This document shows positions 57,382 through 64,000 of a DNA stretch of 64,000 nucleotides, piece after piece. The number at the start of each line of letters is the position of its first letter. Within the stretch, counting starts at the first letter, position 1. The stretch is from an uncultured Candidatus Saccharibacteria bacterium. Its GTDB lineage: Bacteria > Patescibacteriota > Minisyncoccia > Phycocordibacterales > UBA2100. The DNA lies in contig CAYTFU010000002.1 in assembly GCA_964437185.1 (NCBI GenBank), positions 41,296 through 105,295 of the forward strand, read 5' to 3'. The translations under genes and the position numbers were made by a program. The notes below the pieces were generated by a model, which had not been told where the DNA came from, made no database searches, and worked only from the letters and a program-made list of their open reading frames with translations.

Positions 57382-58689
57382 TTATTGGACGACTATATCA
57401 ACGACACGGCGATTCAAAACGCCACCGAAATCGGTGCAGTCGAACTTAATCGTGGTCGTACCGGATTGTGAAGTGTGTGGGACACTAAGAACCGAACTCC
57501 CCTCCGAACCGACTCCAAAAGGAATGTCGTTTTGGGTAATGGTGCACGATGTAGGGATCATACCGACAGAGGTCCACGCAATAACGGTGCTTCCATTGCG
57601 CGGAATGCTGCGAGTTTGCGCAATGATGAGCGAGGCAGCGGGAATTGACCTCGTTGACGTGGAGTAAATCGGGGTAACCGAGACCGCGGGAGGTTGAGTG
57701 GTTGGCTGAGTCTGCATCGGGGTCCCGCCAGTTGTGTACCCCTGATTTGTCGTCATTGGGTTAAACGCTTGCATCGGCGGCATCGGCGGTGGAGGCGGCA
57801 TAAACGGTGTCGGAGAAAACATCGGCTGGGACATGTATGGCATCGATTGTCCGCATGGCATAAGCATCATCGGGGCAGTGCTCACCATACACATCTGATT
57901 TTGCTGAGTCGGGTTATAGGGATTTCCAAAAGGATTTCCACCCATTACGTTGTTTCCAACGGCCGAATACGCAGTGCCCGTTTCGTCGGATACCCATATT
58001 CCGTTCGGAGGGACGGGTGGCTGCATGCCGCCGATGGTGCCGGAAGGCTCAATGTGCCACGGCTCAACAACCATTGGGTAGCGAAGCCCAAAACCCGAGT
58101 AATTCCGGTGTGCCCATGCACACGAAGATATTTGTGCGATACAATCGGCAGTTGCTTGCGATCCGACTCCCGAACCTTTCAATTTTCCCTCGTAGTGAAG
58201 ATCGGCGGCGAGGCCATAATTGTGTTTTGATTGCCCTGGCGGCGCAACGGGAGCTCCCGTCCTTCCTGCAGCAACATACGTTGCGTACATTTGTTTTTGG
58301 CGTTCAACGGATCTGTATCCCGATACAATAGTGATATTTTTTCCCTCTGCGGCCGCCAGTTTCGTCAACCCATACAGTCTGCAGGCAAATATAGGATTCA
58401 AACCGCTTACATCGGTGGGATAACCGGATCTGTTGATTTGTTGCAGGTACAAAAACGGATTTTCGGTGCAGCCGCCATAGATGAGCGGTTTATCTCTATC
58501 GCAAAACTGCCCACCTGCTGGAATGGTCACGCCCGCCGCCTTCAGGCCTTCTTTTTCTTCCGGAGTAATCTCGTGGCAGCCAGGATCTATCTCCCCATAC
58601 GACGCCGAGGGCAAAATTATTACTACAAGCAGCACCAGACCTGAGAGGACTTTTGCCAAGTTCACGATTAAAAGTGTAGCACACAGCAA
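57382..58689 (-). CDS. secreted M15-family (VanY/YcbK-like) peptidase with P/M-rich linker and shared C-terminal domain
   Basis: SGYRSVERQ, HNYGLAADL, VVEPWHIE motifs; alt (TTG/GTG) start. Confidence 0.6.
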   Translation of the reverse strand: MLCATLLIVNLAKVLSGLVLLVVIILPSASYGEIDPGCHEITPEEKEGLKAAGVTIPAGGQFCDRDKPLIYGGCTENPFLYLQQINRSGYPTDVSGLNPIFACRLYGLTKLAAAEGKNITIVSGYRSVERQKQMYATYVAAGRTGAPVAPPGQSKHNYGLAADLHYEGKLKGSGVGSQATADCIAQISSCAWAHRNYSGFGLRYPMVVEPWHIEPSGTIGGMQPPVPPNGIWVSDETGTAYSAVGNNVMGGNPFGNPYNPTQQNQMCMVSTAPMMLMPCGQSMPYMSQPMFSPTPFMPPPPPMPPMQAFNPMTTNQGYTTGGTPMQTQPTTQPPAVSVTPIYSTSTRSIPAASLIIAQTRSIPRNGSTVIAWTSVGMIPTSCTITQNDIPFGVGSEGSSVLSVPHTSQSGTTTIKFDCTDFGGVLNRRVVDIVVQ

Positions 58690-58694
58690 AAGCT

Positions 58695-58710
58695 CGACGA
58701 CGGCTCGTCG
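58695..58710 (-). terminator. possible intrinsic terminator after atpC (CGACGA-CGGC-TCGTCG then AGCTTTTG on minus strand)
   Basis: 6-bp stem plus short T tract; overlaps start region of next gene so weak. Confidence 0.3.
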
Positions 58711-58748
58711 GTTGAAATTGTGAACTACGCTCCGACTCGTGGGTTCGG

Positions 58749-59000
58749 TTACAACAACACAACCGCCTTGTTACTTGAGCACTCCACAACACCGGATTCG
58801 ATTTGAAATTCCCGCGTTTCGCCCGCAGCGTTGAGCACGCGAATCGTTCCTTTCTTCAGCGTCGTCACGATCGGTTCATGGTGCGGAAGAATGGTGAACA
58901 CACCCGCAGCGCCCGGGAGCGTTGCCGATCGTGCTTGGCTGTCGAAACGCGTCTCGCCGACACTTGCGATCGTAAGCAAAAAAGTGTTTGGCTGATGCAT
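58749..59000 (-). CDS. atpC: F1 ATP synthase epsilon subunit, N-terminal beta-sandwich only (83 aa)
   Basis: collinear with epsilon N-domain; C-terminal helical hairpin absent. Confidence 0.8.
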   Translation of the reverse strand: MHQPNTFLLTIASVGETRFDSQARSATLPGAAGVFTILPHHEPIVTTLKKGTIRVLNAAGETREFQIESGVVECSSNKAVVLL

Positions 59001-59001
59001 A

Positions 59002-60653
<1,652 letters not shown>

Positions 60654-60702
60654 AAATGACGATTATACGCGGTCTTAACAAAATTCCTAGTAGCTCCTTA
60701 CT

Positions 60703-61626
60703 CTATCTCATCGCTTCGATGCCGCTCGTAATCTCCGACACCTCCCGCGTAATCGCCGCTTGGCGAACTTTGTTGAAGGTGCGTGTGAGGTTGTGCGCCA
60801 TCTCCTTGGCCTTGTCGGTTGCATTTTTCATCGCGACCATGCGTGCCGAGTGCTCGGAAGCCTTGGACTCAAGGAGGGCATGGAAAATGCTGATATTAAC
60901 GAGCTTAGGAAGGAGTACACGAAGTATGCTGTCCGCATCGGGTTCTATCGTATACGCCGAAACGCGATGAGATGTCATCTCATCGTGAAGCGGAGCGTAT
61001 TTACCTCGTGCGGGTCTGATGCCAGCGACCATGGATCGTATGATTTCGGGCGTAATAGGGACGATCTGCCGCACTACGGGCTCTTGCTCGAAGGTCGATA
61101 TAAAGTTCTGGTACGCGACAAACACGCTCCCCACCTCGCCGCTTTCGTGCCAGCCAAGAATCTTTCGCGTTACATCCGACATATCCCCTTCAGCGATAGC
61201 GTCCGATTTGTTGTCGGCGCGTTCTCGCACATCGTACCCCCGCGAAGCGAAGTAATCGCTCCCGCGCCGGCCGTACCCCACGATAATTACATCCTCTTTC
61301 TTGAGATCCTTTTCGCGAATCATCTGCTCAACCGCACGTATAACCCCGCTGTTGAGCGCACCCGCGAGTCCTTTGTCGCTCGTGATAACGATGATGCTAG
61401 TTTTTGCTCCGCTGCGATCATGCATGAGCGGATGCTGCGCGGCATCAACAGTGCCCGAGAGTTTCTCCAAAATCGAAAGCGCCGCAGCAGCATACGCACG
61501 GCCTGAGAGCGCTCGTTCTTGCCCTTTGCGCATCTTCACCGCAGAGACAGCCTCCATCGCATGAGTCACCGTGCCCGTCTTTTTATACGAGAGGATTTTC
61601 AGCTTGATGTTTTTCAGCGAGGCCAT
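60703..61626 (-). CDS. atpG: F1 ATP synthase gamma subunit
   Basis: MASLKNIKLKI...ITREVSEITSGIEAMR. Confidence 0.9.
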   Translation of the reverse strand: MASLKNIKLKILSYKKTGTVTHAMEAVSAVKMRKGQERALSGRAYAAAALSILEKLSGTVDAAQHPLMHDRSGAKTSIIVITSDKGLAGALNSGVIRAVEQMIREKDLKKEDVIIVGYGRRGSDYFASRGYDVRERADNKSDAIAEGDMSDVTRKILGWHESGEVGSVFVAYQNFISTFEQEPVVRQIVPITPEIIRSMVAGIRPARGKYAPLHDEMTSHRVSAYTIEPDADSILRVLLPKLVNISIFHALLESKASEHSARMVAMKNATDKAKEMAHNLTRTFNKVRQAAITREVSEITSGIEAMR

Positions 61627-61692
61627 GTTAGATTTTGTTGTGAGCGTTAGCGAACTAGAAAATCTTACATCCTGAGCAAAGTCGAGGGATTA

Positions 61693-63264
61693 TTATTTCG
61701 ATGAGGAGAAAAATTCCGAATGGGCCAGCCTAAACGACTCAAATGCGGCGTTGAGTTCCTTTTTCAAATCGTCGGAGACTGCACCAGCATCTTTAATGCT
61801 TTTGAGCGTCTTCGCGTGTTGATCCTCCAAGTACGCCACGAGCTTTGCTTCCACGTGCGTCACCTGTGCGACGGGCACCTCCAGAAAGAATTTATGATTG
61901 GCAGCGTAGAGCACTGCGACTTGCATCTCCACGGGAATAGGCGCTCCGTTCTTCTGCTTCAGCACCTCCACCATTCGCTGACCCGACGCGATACGATCTG
62001 CCGTCACCTTATCGAGATCTTGCGCAAATTGCATGAACGCCTCCAGCTCTCGAAACTGAGCGAGCTCGAGCTTGAGTCCGCCTGCTACGGATTTCATCGC
62101 CTTCGTCTGAGCCGCAGATCCTACGCGCGAGACAGAAATACCGACATCGATCGCGGGTCGCACGCCTTTGTTGAAGAGTTCTGCGATCAAGAAGATCTGA
62201 CCATCTGTGATCGAAATGACGTTGGTCGGAATGTAGGCCGAAACGTCCCCTTCCTGCGTCTCAATAATCGGGAGTGCAGTGATAGAGCCTCCGCCCTTTT
62301 CCTCACTCAAGCGACACGCGCGCTCAAGCAGTCGAGAATGTAAGTAGAAAATATCTCCTGGATACGCCTCGCGTCCCGGCGGACGTCGCAGAAGGAGCGA
62401 GAGTTCGCGGTACGCAACCGCCTGCTTGGAGAGGTCGTCGTAAATAATGAGTACATCTTTCCCCGCGTCCATGAAGTACTCGCCGATAGCGACGCCTGAA
62501 AACGGCGCGATGAATTGAAGCGCGGCAGGCGCGGATGCTGGAGCGTCCACAATGATCGTGTATTCGAGCGCACCCTCCTTGCGCAATTGCTCGACGATTC
62601 GCGCAGTCTTGGATTCCTTCTGGCCGATCGCGACGTAAATACAGATGGGTCGTTTCTCTTTTGGCTCGTTGCGCTGGTTGATTATCGTGTCGATGGCCAC
62701 GGTCGTCTTGCCGATAGATCGATCGCCAATGATCAGCTCGCGCTGCCCTCGACCGATTGGAATCATCGAGTCGATTGCTTTGATACCGGTTTGCAATGGC
62801 ACCGACACCGACTTTCGATCAATAACACCGCTTGCCTGTCGCTCGACAGGCATCATTTTCGTATTTTTGAAAGGCCCCTTTCCGTCGATCGGCTCGCCAA
62901 GCGCATTCACCACACGCCCGAGCAAATCTTCACCCGATGGGACCGAAAGGATTTTGCCCGTCGATTTCACCGTCATGCCTTCTGCCACGCGCGAGGTCTC
63001 TCCCAAAATCGTTGCGCGCACCCCATCCTCTTCAAGGTTCAAGATGAGACCATAGAGCGGTCCATGTGTTTCCAAGGAGTCCGCGAGCTTTTTACCTTTC
63101 CCTTCTTCAAAATGGATGATTTCGCTCATCACTGCCTTCGACAAGCCATCGATCGCGACCACGCCGTCCCCGACCGAGGTCACGCGCCCCACATGCTCAC
63201 TCTCGTGCGTGGGCACAAAGTGCTCGATCTCGCGTATGATTTTTTCAACTACTGAGTTATCCAT
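61693..63264 (-). CDS. atpA: F1 ATP synthase alpha subunit
   Basis: GDRSIGKT P-loop, full-length collinearity. Confidence 0.95.
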   Translation of the reverse strand: MDNSVVEKIIREIEHFVPTHESEHVGRVTSVGDGVVAIDGLSKAVMSEIIHFEEGKGKKLADSLETHGPLYGLILNLEEDGVRATILGETSRVAEGMTVKSTGKILSVPSGEDLLGRVVNALGEPIDGKGPFKNTKMMPVERQASGVIDRKSVSVPLQTGIKAIDSMIPIGRGQRELIIGDRSIGKTTVAIDTIINQRNEPKEKRPICIYVAIGQKESKTARIVEQLRKEGALEYTIIVDAPASAPAALQFIAPFSGVAIGEYFMDAGKDVLIIYDDLSKQAVAYRELSLLLRRPPGREAYPGDIFYLHSRLLERACRLSEEKGGGSITALPIIETQEGDVSAYIPTNVISITDGQIFLIAELFNKGVRPAIDVGISVSRVGSAAQTKAMKSVAGGLKLELAQFRELEAFMQFAQDLDKVTADRIASGQRMVEVLKQKNGAPIPVEMQVAVLYAANHKFFLEVPVAQVTHVEAKLVAYLEDQHAKTLKSIKDAGAVSDDLKKELNAAFESFRLAHSEFFSSSK

Positions 63265-63267
63265 AAA

Positions 63268-63654
63268 TTATTGAGTGGTCCGATTATACAGTGTAAGCAG
63301 CTGTTTCTTAAAACTTGCATCGACGAGAACTTCGCGGCCCTCAAGTCGCCACCCCCCGATAAGGGATTCATCGACGATGGTAACGAGGTCTTTTGCAGAT
63401 ACGCTGAGCTCTGAAAGTACTGCGCGAATTTCTTTTTCTGCGACATCACGGTCACCGGCGTGAGCAACACTGACCGTCATTCGACTCTTCTCACGCGCAC
63501 GTTCTGCCGCTTGAGCAAATGCCCGCCCAATTTTCGGAATGAGCATTATTCGGCCGGTACGTTCGAGTGATTTCCGTACCGACGCCACCGCATCAGTAGG
63601 ACTTACGCCTTTTGAAAGAAGTCTCAACAGTGCTTGTGCGTATGCGTTTTCCAT
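63268..63654 (-). CDS. atpH: F1 ATP synthase delta (OSCP) subunit, short (128 aa)
   Basis: OSCP C-terminal region (IVDESLIGGWRLEGREVLVDASFKKQL). Confidence 0.75.
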   Translation of the reverse strand: MENAYAQALLRLLSKGVSPTDAVASVRKSLERTGRIMLIPKIGRAFAQAAERAREKSRMTVSVAHAGDRDVAEKEIRAVLSELSVSAKDLVTIVDESLIGGWRLEGREVLVDASFKKQLLTLYNRTTQ

Positions 63655-63702
63655 AGTTATTTTATAGTGAGTTGCCTGTGGTGAGCGTATCGAACCATCG
63701 AA

Positions 63703-64000
63703 CTATGCGGATTTCTGCCTCAGTATTTTCTCAGCTGCCAAGACAGCAGCCCGCGCAATTTCCTTTTCGCTCTTTTTCAACGCCTCTCTTTGCGCCTCCT
63801 CGGCTCGCTCAGCGGCGTCCTTGAGGGTTGCCGCAGCTCGCGCCTCTGCACTTTGGACAATTTCAACCCCCCTTTCCTCCGCGCGCACTCGCGCTGTGGC
63901 GATAATCCCCTCCGCCTCTCTCCCCGCCTCGCCTTTCATGGAGTCGCTTGTGGTTTTAGCCTCTGCAAGACTTCTTGCTGCGGCTTCCGCATCACGTACC
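63703..64000 (-). CDS. atpF: Fo ATP synthase b subunit, 3' part (gene continues past window end)
   Basis: A/E/R-rich coiled coil; reading frame stays open upstream of the listed Met to position 64000. Confidence 0.75.
   Translation of the reverse strand, partial: VRDAEAAARSLAEAKTTSDSMKGEAGREAEGIIATARVRAEERGVEIVQSAEARAAATLKDAAERAEEAQREALKKSEKEIARAAVLAAEKILRQKSA

Overview
This window is a gene-dense stretch of a bacterial chromosome at roughly 55% GC, with almost no non-coding space. Nearly every ORF is a recognisable housekeeping gene.

**Main gene content**
- An ung gene, a cell-wall peptidase cluster (two tandem M14 paralogs plus a VanY-like peptidase), and a coproporphyrin-type heme block: hemB, hemC, a short hemD, hemQ/chdC, hemE and hemH.
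- A pitrilysin-type M16 peptidase, then alaS.
- A ribosomal alpha-type operon (infA-rpmJ-rpsM-rpsK-rpsD-rpoA-rplQ) followed by rplM-rpsI, then grpE-dnaK-dnaJ.
- Part of the division and cell-wall cluster: dacA-like, mraY, ftsW/rodA and murG.
- Six aminoacyl-tRNA synthetases (alaS, trpS, aspS, gltX, cysS, leuS), scpAB, ctpA, ychF, rpmA and rplI.
- A convergent F1Fo ATP synthase operon, atpF (partial)-H-A-G-D-C, on the minus strand at the window's end.

**Phylogenetic flavour**
- Several proteins are reduced: AspRS lacks the GAD domain, AlaS lacks the C-Ala domain, and the ATP synthase epsilon and delta subunits are short. A DUF5671-like membrane protein is also present. Together these give the genome a reduced, CPR/Patescibacteria-like flavour.
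- I cannot assign taxonomy from sequence alone.

**What stood out**
1. LeuS is 1123 aa, with HIGH, KMSKS and editing motifs intact. It carries two nested hydrolase domains: a complete YdeN/RBBP9-type serine alpha/beta-hydrolase at the hinge into the CP1 editing domain, and a canonical Nudix domain after the editing domain.
2. Four gene 3' ends are duplicated with almost purely synonymous divergence: rpsI, a membrane protein gene, a histidine kinase and an M23 peptidase. Each pair brackets inserted material:
   - hairpin elements after rpsI;
   - a 1.6-kb mntA-hepT-GNAT cassette;
   - a small coiled-coil gene after the kinase;
   - a 55-nt hairpin element after the peptidase gene.
   This looks like site-specific integration into gene 3' ends, but no integrase is present.
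3. A family of small coiled-coil proteins (about 80 to 90 aa) occurs three times. One copy is wedged between atpG and atpD.
4. A BrnT/BrnA toxin-antitoxin pair is inserted between ftsW and murG.
5. Two secreted peptidoglycan hydrolases (one SLT-like, one M15-like) share a roughly 90-aa C-terminal domain that is also similar at the nucleotide level.

No CRISPR arrays, rRNA or tRNA genes, transposases or integrases were seen.
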